Of a stretch of 64,000 nt of DNA, positions 19,353 to 30,369 are shown one piece after another (the stretch's first letter is position 1; every line of letters starts with the position of its first letter). The stretch is from contig PWEK01000080.1 in assembly GCA_003553445.1 (NCBI GenBank), forward strand, positions 7,490 to 71,489, given 5' to 3'. A program made the translations under genes and the position numbers. Source of the DNA: Elusimicrobiota bacterium (GTDB taxonomy: Bacteria > CG03 > SLGR01). The notes below the pieces were generated by a model. The model saw only the letters and a list, made by a program, of their open reading frames with translations. It made no database searches and had not been told where the DNA came from.

Positions 19353-20611
19353 TGATGGATGCAAATTTAAAACCGGTATTAGAACAGATAGAAAAGGAGA
19401 AAGGAATTTCAAGAGCGGAAGTTTTTGAAATGGTGGAGAGTGCTCTTACATCAGCTTTCAGAAAGCATGCTTCGGATAAAGAGATGGAATATACGGCAAA
19501 AATAGACCCCGGTTCGGGAAAAATCAAAGTTTATGTTGAAAAAAAAGTAGTAGAGAAAGTAGAAGATTCTTCGAGAGAAATAGAAAAAACAGATGCCCTT
19601 GCTATAAACCCTTCTGCACAGGCAGGAGATGAGATAAAGGTTGAGATTCCGGCAGACAGGTTTGGCAGGATAGCGGCTCAGACTGCCCGGCAGATTATAA
19701 TTCAGAAAATAAGAGAAAATGAAAGGGAGAATCTCTATAAACAATATAAAGATAAGGAAGGGGAGGTTGTAACAGCCACGGTTTACAGATTTACAAAGAA
19801 TGCCTGTATATTGGAAATAGGTAAAGCCGAAGCTATAATGCCGGAGAGAGAGCAGATAAGAAGTCAGAAGTTAAACCGGGGAGACAGCATTAAGGTTTAC
19901 ATAGTTGAGGTTCTTCCAGGTGGAAGAGGTCCGAAAATTCTTGCATCAAGAACTCATCCCGGGCTGGTTTCCGGTCTTTTCAGGCTGGAGGTGCCTGAAG
20001 TATCTGAAGGTGTTGTGGAAATTGAAAAAATAGTTCGCGACCCCGGGGTTAGGTGCAAGGTTGCGGTTAAAAGCAATAATATGAGAGTAGATCCGATTGG
20101 CGCATGTGTGGGAATAAACGGCGTTCGCGTTCAATCGGTAATAAATGAACTGGGTGGAGAAAGAATGGATTTGATAAAATACTCTGAGGATATAAGGGAG
20201 TATCTGGCCAATTCATTAAGTCCGGCTGAAGTTGAAGAGGTTATTATTATTGATGAAGAGACCAGAGAAGCCAGGCTTGTTGTTTCCGATGAGATGCTGT
20301 CTTTGGCTATTGGGAAAAATGGTCAGAATGTAAGGCTTGCGGCCCGTCTTTTGAATTGGCATATAGACATACAATCCGAAAGCCAGATGAAGGATATTGA
20401 AAAAAAGAATTTTGAGGAAAATTATTCAGACATTTCAGCTTTGCCTGGAGTTGGCGAAAAAACAGCCCGATTGTTAATTCAAGGCGGATTTGATTCCTTG
20501 AAAAAAATAAGTAAATCAACTGTCGATGCAGTTTCTTCGATTGAAGGTGTTGGGAAAAAGACCGCTGAAAAAATCATAGAGGCGGCGTCTGAAAAATATG
20601 AGGAAAAATAA
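19352..20611 (+). CDS. nusA: Transcription termination/antitermination factor NusA
   Basis: S1 and KH regions (ACVGINGVRVQSVINELGGERMDLI, LAIGKNGQNVRLAARL) and a C-terminal HhH pair. TAATG overlap with rimP. Confidence 0.95.
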   Translation: MMDANLKPVLEQIEKEKGISRAEVFEMVESALTSAFRKHASDKEMEYTAKIDPGSGKIKVYVEKKVVEKVEDSSREIEKTDALAINPSAQAGDEIKVEIPADRFGRIAAQTARQIIIQKIRENERENLYKQYKDKEGEVVTATVYRFTKNACILEIGKAEAIMPEREQIRSQKLNRGDSIKVYIVEVLPGGRGPKILASRTHPGLVSGLFRLEVPEVSEGVVEIEKIVRDPGVRCKVAVKSNNMRVDPIGACVGINGVRVQSVINELGGERMDLIKYSEDIREYLANSLSPAEVEEVIIIDEETREARLVVSDEMLSLAIGKNGQNVRLAARLLNWHIDIQSESQMKDIEKKNFEENYSDISALPGVGEKTARLLIQGGFDSLKKISKSTVDAVSSIEGVGKKTAEKIIEAASEKYEEK

Positions 20612-20658
20612 AAGAGCAGTAAAGAGCAGTATGTAAATGAGTGAAAATAAGGTAAAAG

Positions 20659-22662
20659 ATGTCAAGCAAAATAAGAATATATGAGATAGCAAAGGAATTA
20701 GGGGTTGAAAACAGTGAGGTTATAGGTGAAGCCCGGGAACTTGGAATAGAGGTTAAGTCCCATTCATCTACAGTAACTGAAGAAGAATCAGAATTAATCA
20801 AACAGGGTGTTGCGGAGTTGAAAAAAGGTAAGGACTTAAAGACAAAAACACAGAAGAAAAGAAAAAAAGCAATGGAGGACTCTGCAGCTGAAAAAAAGAA
20901 AACCATTTTAATAAGAGAAAATACGGAGATTGAAGATATTGCATCTCAGGCTGAACTCGATAAGGAAATCATTGTAAAAAAATTTAAAAAAGCCGGATTT
21001 TCCTTCTCTTCTGATAAAAAACTGGATATTGAAGAAGCAGCCCTGGTTTTAGAAGAATTAGGTTATAAGGTTAAAATAAATACAGCAGAAAAAGAGAAAA
21101 TCAAAGAAGTGGATGAAGAAAAAAGAAAGTATAAACTGAGGGCTCCTGTAGTGACAGTTATGGGTCATGTTGATCACGGAAAAACCCAGCTTCTTGATAC
21201 CATAAGAAAAACAGATGTGATTAAAAGAGAAAGCGGCGGAATTACCCAGCATATCGGCGCTTCCAAGGTGACTGTGGAAGGGAAAGGGGATATTGTATTT
21301 ATAGACACTCCCGGACATGAAGCTTTTACAGCAATGCGCGCCAGAGGAGCTCAGGTTACCGACATTGTAGTTTTGGTGGTTGCTGCGGATGACGGGGTTA
21401 TGCCCCAGACAGTTGAAGCCATAAACCATGCTCGTTCCGCTGATGTTCCTGTTATTGTGGCCATAAATAAAATGGACCTTCCGGATGCTTCTGCAGAGAA
21501 GGTAAGAACCCAGCTTTCTCACAACAATATCATAACCGAAGAGTATGGAGGAGATGTGATTTCAGTTGAGATATCGGCCAAAGAAAACAAAAATATTGAT
21601 GAAATATTAGAGATGATTATGCTTCAGGCTGAAATGATGGAATTGAGGGCCCCGGTGGACGGGCCGGCCAAGGGGGTTGTAATTGAATCGGAGCTGGATA
21701 AAAGAATCGGACCTACAGCTACAGTGATAATAACTGAAGGAATACTTAATAGGGGTGATGCATTTATATGCGGAATGGTTGCGGGAAAGGTCAAGGCAAT
21801 GGCGGATTCTTCAAATAAAAGAGTGAAAAAAGCGGGGCCGTCAACGCCCGTTTCTATTCTCGGTTTTGAAGATCTTCCGCAAACAGGGGATAAACTTGTT
21901 GTGATGGAAGAAAGGACACAGGCCCGCGGGATTGCCCAGGAGAGGCGTGATGAAATGCAGAGCGCAAAGCCAAAACAGGCGGAGAAAATAACCCTGGAGG
22001 ATTTGCGAAAACAGTTGATGGGGGAAGAGAAAAAAGAGCTAAATATAATTTTAAAGACAGATATGACTGGTTCGATGGAGGCGATAAAGGATTCTGTTAT
22101 GAAGCTCTCCACAGATGAAGTGAAAATAAACGTTATTCATTCGGGTGTGGGCTCGGTTACAAAAAAAGACATAATGCTGGCATCCGCTTCAGATGCTGTG
22201 ATAATCGGCTTCAACATAAGCGTTCCCGGGTCAATTAAAAAGGAAGCAGAAAAAGAGGGCATTCAGATAAGAAAGTATAGAATAATATATGATATAATTG
22301 AAGATATAAAGAAAGCGCTTGAGGGGATGTTAAAGCCTGCTGAAGAAGAGGTTTCCCTGGGCAGAGCAGAGGTTAAAAAGATATTTAAAATTTCCGGCGT
22401 GGGTACTATTGCCGGATGCGGTGTGTTCAACGGGGTAATACGAAGAAATGCTTCCGCAAGGGTTATCAGGGACTCCAGGATTATATATGAGGGCAACCTT
22501 GCAGCTTTAAAAAGGTTTAAGAAAGATGTTTCTGAGGTTGCTTCAGGGTATGAATGCGGAATGAATATAGAAAATTTCAATGACATAAAAGTCGGAGATG
22601 TAATAGAAAGTTATGAGATAAGAGAGAGAAAGAGGACTTTAGAAGAAGCCAGAAAAGATTAA
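20659..22662 (+). CDS. infB: Translation initiation factor IF-2
   Basis: GTPase motifs [16 protein letters not shown] and NKMD. Confidence 0.95.
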   Translation: MSSKIRIYEIAKELGVENSEVIGEARELGIEVKSHSSTVTEEESELIKQGVAELKKGKDLKTKTQKKRKKAMEDSAAEKKKTILIRENTEIEDIASQAELDKEIIVKKFKKAGFSFSSDKKLDIEEAALVLEELGYKVKINTAEKEKIKEVDEEKRKYKLRAPVVTVMGHVDHGKTQLLDTIRKTDVIKRESGGITQHIGASKVTVEGKGDIVFIDTPGHEAFTAMRARGAQVTDIVVLVVAADDGVMPQTVEAINHARSADVPVIVAINKMDLPDASAEKVRTQLSHNNIITEEYGGDVISVEISAKENKNIDEILEMIMLQAEMMELRAPVDGPAKGVVIESELDKRIGPTATVIITEGILNRGDAFICGMVAGKVKAMADSSNKRVKKAGPSTPVSILGFEDLPQTGDKLVVMEERTQARGIAQERRDEMQSAKPKQAEKITLEDLRKQLMGEEKKELNIILKTDMTGSMEAIKDSVMKLSTDEVKINVIHSGVGSVTKKDIMLASASDAVIIGFNISVPGSIKKEAEKEGIQIRKYRIIYDIIEDIKKALEGMLKPAEEEVSLGRAEVKKIFKISGVGTIAGCGVFNGVIRRNASARVIRDSRIIYEGNLAALKRFKKDVSEVASGYECGMNIENFNDIKVGDVIESYEIRERKRTLEEARKD

Positions 22663-22688
22663 CTGCGGTAAATCCCGGGTGTAAAAAG

Positions 22689-22976
22689 ATGTATATAGGG
22701 ATAGAGAAAATAGAAATATACCTTCCTGGAGTAAGAAGCCTAAAAGAAAAAAGAAAATATACTCTCAGTTTGAAAGACAGAATAAAAAGAGAATTAAATT
22801 TTTCTGTTGCGGAGATTGATTATCAGGACCTTTTACAGCGCTGTAAAATCGGAGTATGCGCGGTGAGCGGGGACAGAAAAATTCTTGAAATAATGTTTAG
22901 AAAATTAGAATACTTTTTTAAAAAATATCCGGAACTGCAGTTTATGAGGGAAGGAGTTCACATTGAAAAAAAATAG
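22689..22976 (+). CDS. DUF503 (YlxP-like) protein
   Basis: SLKEKRKYTLSLKDRIKRELNFSVAEIDYQD pattern and the conserved position between infB and rbfA. Confidence 0.75.
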   Translation: MYIGIEKIEIYLPGVRSLKEKRKYTLSLKDRIKRELNFSVAEIDYQDLLQRCKIGVCAVSGDRKILEIMFRKLEYFFKKYPELQFMREGVHIEKK

Positions 22977-23331
22977 AAGAACAAAAAGAGTTTCAAGTAT
23001 GATAAGGAAAAATCTTGGGAATATAATCTCACGAGAAATATCAGATCCTGGCATGGGGCTTGTATCAATTACAGAGGTGGAGGTTTCGCAGGATCTGAAG
23101 ACTTCAAATGTCTATTTTACTGTTATAGGGGGAACAAAGGACGCTGAAAAGCAGAAAAATATTGTAAGGGGGATGAGCAAGTTTTTTCAGCAGAAACTGG
23201 CCGAAAAAATCAGGCTAAAGTATACTCCAGAAATCAATATTATATATGATGACACTCCGGTTAAGGCGCAAAGAATCGAAAGTATTCTTGAAAAAATAAG
23301 AAGAGAACGGAAAATGAAAAGTGAAGAGTGA
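22963..23331 (+). CDS. rbfA: Ribosome-binding factor A
   Basis: RVSSMIRKNLGNIISREI..VSITEVEVSQDLKTSNVYF pattern. Probable TTG start. Confidence 0.85.
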   Translation: MKKNRRTKRVSSMIRKNLGNIISREISDPGMGLVSITEVEVSQDLKTSNVYFTVIGGTKDAEKQKNIVRGMSKFFQQKLAEKIRLKYTPEINIIYDDTPVKAQRIESILEKIRRERKMKSEE

Positions 23332-24328
23332 AATTGAAATCCCTGCTGCCGATCGCCTGATTGCAAAAGAAATAATTAACAAAATAAACGAGGCTGAAAC
23401 AGCCTATGTTTCATGGCATGCCCGGCCGGATGGGGACGCTTTGGGAGGAGGGCTTGCGCTTTACGAGTTTTTGAAGAGTAAAAAAATAGATACAAGATTG
23501 GTCTCTCCCACACCGCCTCCGGAAAACTACAGTTTTTTAAAAAATTATGAAAAAATAAAGACAGAAATAAGCGATGAAAAAAGAGATATTGGAATAATCA
23601 TTGACTGTTCGGATACTTACAGGCTGGAGGGTGTTTCACAGATATTAGAGCATTCGGGGTTTGTGATAAGTATAGATCACCATCAGCTTAATCATGAATT
23701 CGGAGATTTAAATTACATAAGACCTCATGCTTCCTCAGTATGTGAACTTATACTTAATCTAATGATGGAGTCTCAATATCCTATAAATAAGGATGTGGCA
23801 AGTAGTATTTATGTCGGCATTATCACCGACACAAACAGATTTCAGGAACAGAATACCACGAGCAGGGCACATAAGATTGCATCATTTTTGGTGGAAAAAT
23901 ATGTTTCTCCGGTAAAAATATCAATGCAGATTTATGGAAACGAAGAATTAAAGAAGCTTAAACTTATATCAAAGGCAATTGAATCTCTTAAACTGTCACC
24001 TTCGGGAAAAGTCAGTTATATTGCGGTAAGACCTGAAATGATACGTGAAACAGGGACTAATGATGATAACCTTGAAGGAATAATCAATTATGCCAGAAAT
24101 ATAAAAGGGGTTGAGGTGGGCCTTTTACTGAGGAGAATTCCCGGACTCAGGGGAATAAAAGTGTCTTTCAGGTCAAAGGGTAAAATAGATGTAGGGAAGA
24201 TAGCAGACCGATACGGTGGAGGCGGCCATCACAATGCCGCAGGGTGCCTGGTGGAAGGTGGTTTTGATGAAGTTGCAGAAAAGATAATCAAGGTAATTGA
24301 GGATGAATTCAAGAAATTTAAAAATTAA
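23321..24328 (+). CDS. nrnA: DHH/DHHA1 phosphoesterase (NrnA-like oligoribonuclease / pAp phosphatase)
   Basis: HARPDGDALGG, IIIDCSD, SIDHHQ and GGGGHHNAAG motifs. Confidence 0.75.
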   Translation: MKSEIEIPAADRLIAKEIINKINEAETAYVSWHARPDGDALGGGLALYEFLKSKKIDTRLVSPTPPPENYSFLKNYEKIKTEISDEKRDIGIIIDCSDTYRLEGVSQILEHSGFVISIDHHQLNHEFGDLNYIRPHASSVCELILNLMMESQYPINKDVASSIYVGIITDTNRFQEQNTTSRAHKIASFLVEKYVSPVKISMQIYGNEELKKLKLISKAIESLKLSPSGKVSYIAVRPEMIRETGTNDDNLEGIINYARNIKGVEVGLLLRRIPGLRGIKVSFRSKGKIDVGKIADRYGGGGHHNAAGCLVEGGFDEVAEKIIKVIEDEFKKFKN

Positions 24329-24341
24329 AGACAAAGTAATT

Positions 24342-25214
24342 ATGAATGGAATAGTCAACGTAAATAAACCGCTGAATGTTAGTTCATTCGATGTAGTAAG
24401 AAAAATAAAGAAGCTTTCGGGGGTTAAAAAAGCCGGTCATGCAGGAACGCTTGACCCCAGGGCGCAGGGTGTATTAATAATCCTGTTGGGCGAAGCCAGA
24501 AAAGCGTCAAATCTTTTCATATCCCGGGATAAAACATATGAAGCGGTTGTTAAGCTGGGAGAGAAATCAAGCACATGGGATTCGGATGGAAAAATCACTG
24601 TAGGAAAAGCTGTGAGCCCCTCAAGTTTAGAAAAGATTGAGGAAAAAATAAATGAATTTAGGGGGCAGTACATACACAGGGTTCCTGATTATTCCGCAAA
24701 GAAACATAAAGGGAAAACATTCTATAGATTGAAGAGAAAAGGAATAAAACCCCCTTTGAGAATGCAAAGGTCAGTTATAAGGAAAATTAAATTAATTGAA
24801 AATAATGAAGAGTCTTTGCGTTTAAGCGTGACTTGTACATCAGGTACATACATCAGAACACTTGCTGTGGATATAGCGGATAAACTTAACACCGTCGGTT
24901 ACCTTAAAAGCTTAACCAGGACAGCGGTAAACGGTTTTACACTGAGTAATGCTGTCAGGCCGGAAAAAGGGGAGTGGGAAAGAGGTTTTAAAACAATAGA
25001 CAGGGCTTTGACGGTTTTTCCATATGTAGTATTGAATAAAGAGGCTTCAAAAAAAATTAAAAACGGAGTTATGTTCAGAAAGGAAGATATAAAAAGAATT
25101 AAGGGGGAAATTAAAAATAAAACATATATCGTTTATGGTCCTGATATGAAAGCAGCGGCAATAGTTCGTGATTATGAAGGAGCGGCTAAATTTAAGAGGG
25201 TTTTTAACTGTTGA
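24342..25214 (+). CDS. truB: tRNA pseudouridine-55 synthase TruB
   Basis: GHAGTLDP catalytic motif. I use the ATG at 24342 (MNGIVNVNKP), downstream of the nrnA stop, in place of the ORF-track start at 24297. Confidence 0.9.
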   Translation: MNGIVNVNKPLNVSSFDVVRKIKKLSGVKKAGHAGTLDPRAQGVLIILLGEARKASNLFISRDKTYEAVVKLGEKSSTWDSDGKITVGKAVSPSSLEKIEEKINEFRGQYIHRVPDYSAKKHKGKTFYRLKRKGIKPPLRMQRSVIRKIKLIENNEESLRLSVTCTSGTYIRTLAVDIADKLNTVGYLKSLTRTAVNGFTLSNAVRPEKGEWERGFKTIDRALTVFPYVVLNKEASKKIKNGVMFRKEDIKRIKGEIKNKTYIVYGPDMKAAAIVRDYEGAAKFKRVFNC

Positions 25215-26107
25215 AAATAATAAGTGATTATTCGCGAGTTGCATTTAGTGACAGGCATTCTGTGGCAATCGGTTTTTTTGATGGATACCATAAAGGACAT
25301 AGAGCCGTAACTGTTGGTGCGGTCAAAAGAGGAAAAGAGCTTGGTTATAATCGTGCTGTTCTTACGTTTGAACCCCCTAAGGGGCGGAAGGTTCTGACAA
25401 CGACAGAGGAAAAACTGGAGTTTTTAAGTAAAGAGGGGTTTGAAAAAGCGGTAGTTCTTCCGGCTGATGGAGTATGGAGAAGATGGAGTCCGCGCAAATT
25501 TGCAGTTGAATTCCTGTGTAACCGAATGAATGCAGGCAGTGTTTTTGTAGGCAGTGACTTCAGATTCGGAAAAAATCGCGCGGGAGATATCGATGCGCTG
25601 AAACACCATATCGGAAAGAAAAACGACAGGGAGGTTAATATAAAGCCGCTGGTTTTTATAGAAGGGAATAAAATTTCTTCAAGCAGGATTAGAAAAATGA
25701 TAAAGGATGGGAAAATAAAAACAGCAGAAAGGATGATGGGCAGGCATTATTTTTTTACCGGAAAAACAATTGCGGGCAAGGGCGTGGGAAGAGAAATCGG
25801 GTTTCCTACCATAAATTTTAGCCTTTCACAAGAAAAACTAATACCCCGCGGGGTTTTCACATGCCGCTTGTTGATTGACGATATTGAAGACTCTGCAGGT
25901 CCCCCGGGCGGATGCTTTATTGGAAAGCAGGGAGCGGCGGAGGTCCACCTGCTTAAATACACCGAGGGGATGGAAAAGAAGGCTCGCGGGGCATTGTTTT
26001 TGAAGAAAATAAGGAATGTAAGAAATTTTAAAACACTGTCAAATCTTTCGAATCAAATAGAAAAAGATATGAAAGCTGTGGAATTTGACATACAAAATAC
26101 ATACTAG
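25211..26107 (+). CDS. ribF: Bifunctional riboflavin kinase / FMN adenylyltransferase
   Basis: GFFDGYHKGH motif and a kinase half with GFPTINF. TTG start in a TTGA overlap with truB. Confidence 0.85.
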   Translation: MKIISDYSRVAFSDRHSVAIGFFDGYHKGHRAVTVGAVKRGKELGYNRAVLTFEPPKGRKVLTTTEEKLEFLSKEGFEKAVVLPADGVWRRWSPRKFAVEFLCNRMNAGSVFVGSDFRFGKNRAGDIDALKHHIGKKNDREVNIKPLVFIEGNKISSSRIRKMIKDGKIKTAERMMGRHYFFTGKTIAGKGVGREIGFPTINFSLSQEKLIPRGVFTCRLLIDDIEDSAGPPGGCFIGKQGAAEVHLLKYTEGMEKKARGALFLKKIRNVRNFKTLSNLSNQIEKDMKAVEFDIQNTY

Positions 26108-26124
26108 TAGAATATTTTAATTAC

Positions 26125-27420
26125 ATGGAAAGCATTAACTATAAAGATATAATAATCATAGGGGGGGGCAGGAGAGGTCTTGCCGCGCTTGAAATACTTA
26201 AAGAATGCGAAAATGTGAAAATTAAAGCTGTAATAGATGACAACGGCAGTAAAGCCGGAATAAAACAGGCAGAGCACCTTGGAATAAAGACAGATACTGA
26301 CTGGGAAAAATATATAGAAAGCGAACGACATCCTGCGGCAGTATTGAACCTGAGTGACAAAGAAAAACTTCAAAAGAAGCTCATTGAAAAAACAAAAGGA
26401 AAAGAGATTGAGGTTCTGGGAAATGTATCCAGAGAAATGATGATAAAGATACTTGCGGAATGGCAGGTTTATTCTGAATTTCACAAGGTGTCTAAGAATA
26501 TGGCAACGGATATTGAAATGGATGAATTAATGGTTCTAATATTATCATCATGCGTAAAATCCGTTGGAGCAGATGGAGGTATAATAGCTCTTTACAATAG
26601 AAATACTGATAAACCGGAGGTGAAATCAACCTGGCAGGTTAAAAATGAAGAGGCAGAAAAACTTAGGGAAAAGATAACCAAATGGCTGGCACCATATAAC
26701 AGTAAAAAAGAGAAAGGTCAAATTTGCGAAAGCGAATCTTTATCAAGTTCAGGCAAGCTGGGGTATGTTCTTTGCGCTCCACTGAGAACAAGAGGAGAAA
26801 TACTGGGGGCAATAACAGTCTCATACAGAAAAAATAGAGAGCCTGATGTAGGGGCGAAAAGGCTATTGACAGCATTTGCGAATCAGGCTGCTGCAGCAGT
26901 ACAGAACATAATTTTATACAAAAAGACCCAGCGGCTTTCCATGACAGATGGATTAACCGGGGTTCATAATTACAGATACTTCCAGAAACAGATGGATAAA
27001 GAGCTCTTAAGGGCGCAGCGATATGACCTAAATTTCTCAATAATAATAATAGACCTTGACAACTTTAAGAAAATAAATGATACTTACGGACATCCGGAAG
27101 GAGATAAGGTTTTAAAGGCTGTCTCCAAATTTATAAAAAAAATGGTAAGAAAAACCGATATAGTAGCCCGGTATGGCGGGGATGAATTTTCGGTAATATT
27201 ACCGGCAACCCCAAAAAGAGGTGCTGTGATTCTGGGTGAAAGAATAAGAAAGAGGGTGATAAAAAACAAAGCGCTTTCTTCTAGATTTAAAATAAGCCTG
27301 AGTGTAGGCGTTTCCAGCTATCCTGAAGATGGGGTTCACGGAGAAGAAATTTTAAAGAAAGCGGATAAAGCTCTTTACAGGGCAAAAGAAAGCGGCAGGA
27401 ATAAAACCTGCGCGGCATAA
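26125..27420 (+). CDS. Diguanylate cyclase: Rossmann-like N-terminus, GAF-like middle, GGDEF domain with an I-site
   Basis: IIIIGGGRRG at the N-terminus. RKTDIVARYGGDEF has the same RxxD-to-GGDEF spacing as PleD. LTGVHNYRYF lies upstream. Confidence 0.85.
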   Translation: MESINYKDIIIIGGGRRGLAALEILKECENVKIKAVIDDNGSKAGIKQAEHLGIKTDTDWEKYIESERHPAAVLNLSDKEKLQKKLIEKTKGKEIEVLGNVSREMMIKILAEWQVYSEFHKVSKNMATDIEMDELMVLILSSCVKSVGADGGIIALYNRNTDKPEVKSTWQVKNEEAEKLREKITKWLAPYNSKKEKGQICESESLSSSGKLGYVLCAPLRTRGEILGAITVSYRKNREPDVGAKRLLTAFANQAAAAVQNIILYKKTQRLSMTDGLTGVHNYRYFQKQMDKELLRAQRYDLNFSIIIIDLDNFKKINDTYGHPEGDKVLKAVSKFIKKMVRKTDIVARYGGDEFSVILPATPKRGAVILGERIRKRVIKNKALSSRFKISLSVGVSSYPEDGVHGEEILKKADKALYRAKESGRNKTCAA

Positions 27421-27446
27421 GACAGAATGTTGAAGGGAGAAAATAA

Positions 27447-27716
27447 ATGTCAATAACAAGGGAAAAAAAGAAAGAATTGATAGAAAATTTCCAGAGAGAT
27501 AAAAGCGATACAGGTTCTCCAGAGGTCCAGATTGCAATATTAACGGAGAGAATAAACAACCTGACGGAGCACATGAAACTGCATCCTAAGGATGTTCATT
27601 CCCGATACGGGCTTTTAAAACTGGTATCGCGAAGAAGAAAGCTGCTGGATTATTTAAAAAGTAAGGATAAAAATAAATACCTGAAAATTATTGGTGATTT
27701 GAAAATAAGGAAGTAA
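27447..27716 (+). CDS. rpsO: 30S ribosomal protein S15
   Basis: [44 protein letters not shown]. Confidence 0.95.
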   Translation: MSITREKKKELIENFQRDKSDTGSPEVQIAILTERINNLTEHMKLHPKDVHSRYGLLKLVSRRRKLLDYLKSKDKNKYLKIIGDLKIRK

Positions 27717-27732
27717 TTAAAGAAGAGGAAAA

Positions 27733-29847
27733 ATGACAAAAGTTTCAGAAAAAATTAAGTTAGGAGCAAGGGAATTAGAGATAGAGACGGGCGAGCTTGC
27801 AAAGCAGGCAGGAGGGGCGGTAAAGGTTTCATATGGAGAAACAGTTGTGCTTGCTACATGCTGCACATCCGAATCTACGGAGAATCGCGGATTTTTTCCG
27901 CTTACGGTCGATTACAGGGAAAGAACATATGCGGCAGGGAAAATTCCCGGTGGATTTTTCAAACGCGAGGGTAAGCCTCAAGAGAAGGAAATAATAACCT
28001 CGAGGCTGATTGACAGGCCTATAAGGCCTCTTTTTCCTGATAAGTATTTTGATGAAGTGCAGATTATAGTAACCGTGCTTTCTTCCGATGGGGAAAATGA
28101 TTCGGATATTCCCGCCATGATTGGAGCAAGCTGCGCAGTTGCGCTTTCCCCTTCGCCTTTTCAAGGTCCCATAGGGACGGTGCGGGTTGGAAAGATTGAT
28201 GGTGATTATATTATAAACCCCACCTTTGATGAAATTCAAAAGTCCGAAATGAATGTTGTGGTTTCCGGGAAAAAAGATATGGTTACTATGCTTGAGGGGG
28301 AATCCCTGGAGATTCCAGAATCGGAGATATTATCTGCAATAGAAAAAGCTGATCCACAGATAAAGGAGATAATAAAGCTTCAGGAAAAAATTATAAGTCA
28401 GGTTGACCCGGAAAAAATTAACTTTACTCCCCCGGAAGTTAATGAGGAACTTTCTGCGAAGGTAAGGGAGTATTCATCTGAAAAGATAGTAAGCGTGTTA
28501 AAAAGTGAAACCGATAAAAGGGAACGCTCAAAGAAGCTGGGTGAGATAAAAAATTCAGTTATAGAAATATTAAGCGATCCGGATAACCCTGATTGTGAAA
28601 AAGAAATATCTGAAATTGAAAAGGACCTCGAAAAAGAGCTTTTGCGGAAGCTTGTAAAGGAAGAACAAATTAGAGTTGACGGGAGAAAGCCAGATGAATT
28701 AAGACAGATAAGCTGTTCTTCGGGTATACTGCCGCGAACACACGGTTCAGCGATTTTCACAAAAGGAGAAACCCAGTCTCTGGCCGTAACGACATTAGGT
28801 ACGGGTTCCGATCAGCAGGTTATGGATGAGCTTGAGGGAGAATATAAGAAGGATTTTATGCTTCATTATAACTTTCCGCCTTATTCAGTTGGTGAGGTTA
28901 AATTTATGAGGGGTCCCGGGCGCAGGGAAATAGGGCACGGACTTCTTGCAGAAAAGGCTTTGCTCAGCCAGCTGAAAATGGATGAAGATTTTCCTTATAC
29001 AATAAGGCTGGTTTCGGACATACTTGAATCGAACGGCTCTTCATCTATGGCAACAGTCTGCGCCGGGTCTATGGCCTTGATGGATGCCGGGGTTCCATTA
29101 AAATCAACGGTAGCGGGAGTGGGAATGGGCATTATAGGAGATGTTATACTGACAGATATGGTAGGTGACGAAGATCATGCTGGAGATATGGATTTTAAAG
29201 TGGCCGGAACAAAAAATGGCATAACCGCCATACAGATGGATATAAAGGTAAGCGGCATAACTAAAGAGGTTCTTGAAAGGGCGCTTGAGAAAGCAAAAAT
29301 CGCGAGACTTGAGACCATAGATAAAATTGAGAAAGTCATAAGCGAACCGCGAAAGAACTATTCGCCGTATGCTCCGCAACTTACAACTATCAAAATAAAT
29401 AAGGAAAAAATAGGGAATCTTATAGGTCCTGGAGGAAAAACTATACGCAAAATACAGCAGGATTACGAAGTGAATATAGATGTGGATGATGACGGAACTG
29501 TTACCGTAAGCGCGACTTCGGCGGAAAATTTACAGAAGGCGGAAAAAGAGGTGAAGTCATATACGGAAGATGTTGAGCCGGGAAAAACATATAATGGGGT
29601 TGTAAGGAAGGTTCTAGACTTTGGCGCATTTGTGGAGGTTTTGCCTGGAAAAGACGGTCTTGTTCATATTTCCGAATTGGCTCCATACAGGGTTGACAAA
29701 GTAACCGACGTATTAAACGAGGGGGATAAGGTGACGGTCAAGTGTATTGAAATTGATGACAAGGGAAGGGTGAATTTAAGCCGTGTGCAGGCTCTCAATG
29801 AAGAGCAGCAAAAACAAGAAAAAGAAGAACATTACGGAAAAGGATAA
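27733..29847 (+). CDS. pnp: Polyribonucleotide nucleotidyltransferase (PNPase)
   Basis: Two RNase PH-like halves followed by KH (IGPGGKTIRKI) and S1 (GVVRKVLDFGAFVEV) domains. Confidence 0.95.
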   Translation: MTKVSEKIKLGARELEIETGELAKQAGGAVKVSYGETVVLATCCTSESTENRGFFPLTVDYRERTYAAGKIPGGFFKREGKPQEKEIITSRLIDRPIRPLFPDKYFDEVQIIVTVLSSDGENDSDIPAMIGASCAVALSPSPFQGPIGTVRVGKIDGDYIINPTFDEIQKSEMNVVVSGKKDMVTMLEGESLEIPESEILSAIEKADPQIKEIIKLQEKIISQVDPEKINFTPPEVNEELSAKVREYSSEKIVSVLKSETDKRERSKKLGEIKNSVIEILSDPDNPDCEKEISEIEKDLEKELLRKLVKEEQIRVDGRKPDELRQISCSSGILPRTHGSAIFTKGETQSLAVTTLGTGSDQQVMDELEGEYKKDFMLHYNFPPYSVGEVKFMRGPGRREIGHGLLAEKALLSQLKMDEDFPYTIRLVSDILESNGSSSMATVCAGSMALMDAGVPLKSTVAGVGMGIIGDVILTDMVGDEDHAGDMDFKVAGTKNGITAIQMDIKVSGITKEVLERALEKAKIARLETIDKIEKVISEPRKNYSPYAPQLTTIKINKEKIGNLIGPGGKTIRKIQQDYEVNIDVDDDGTVTVSATSAENLQKAEKEVKSYTEDVEPGKTYNGVVRKVLDFGAFVEVLPGKDGLVHISELAPYRVDKVTDVLNEGDKVTVKCIEIDDKGRVNLSRVQALNEEQQKQEKEEHYGKG

Positions 29848-30309
29848 ATGGCTAAAAAAAAGAGAAAAACAGGAAAAAAAACTTTGGAAAAGTCTGTTGA
29901 AGAGCTTTACAATATAATGAAAGACGAGGAACTTTCAGAAGTAAAATGGGAAGAAGAAAACTTTAAACTTAAAATCAGAAGAAGAGGGGCGGTTTCATTT
30001 GTAGAAAAGAGGCCGTCTTCTTCAGCCGATACGGAAAAGTCCTCCGAACCGCAAAAACCTGAAACAAATAAAGATTATATAAGGTCTCCAATGAATGGTG
30101 TTTTTTACAGGTCTCCTTCTCCGGCAGAGCCGCCTTATGTGGAAGAAAATAAAGTGGTATCTGAAGGATCTACGGTATGCATAATTGAGGCTATGAAACT
30201 TATGAATGAAGTGCAGGTTGAAAAACCCTGCCGGATAAAGAAAATCCTGGTAGATAATGCTTCGGCTGTGAAAGTAAATCAAAAGTTATTTGAAATAGAA
30301 AAAGCATGA
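29848..30309 (+). CDS. accB: Biotin carboxyl carrier protein (BCCP)
   Basis: EAMKLMNEV biotinylation motif and an AccB-like N-terminal region. The ATG directly abuts the pnp TAA. Confidence 0.8.
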   Translation: MAKKKRKTGKKTLEKSVEELYNIMKDEELSEVKWEEENFKLKIRRRGAVSFVEKRPSSSADTEKSSEPQKPETNKDYIRSPMNGVFYRSPSPAEPPYVEENKVVSEGSTVCIIEAMKLMNEVQVEKPCRIKKILVDNASAVKVNQKLFEIEKA

Positions 30310-30369
30310 CGCTAATATTTTATATAGCGGAATGTTCAAAAAAATTTAAGAAAAACAGAGAAAAACTAA

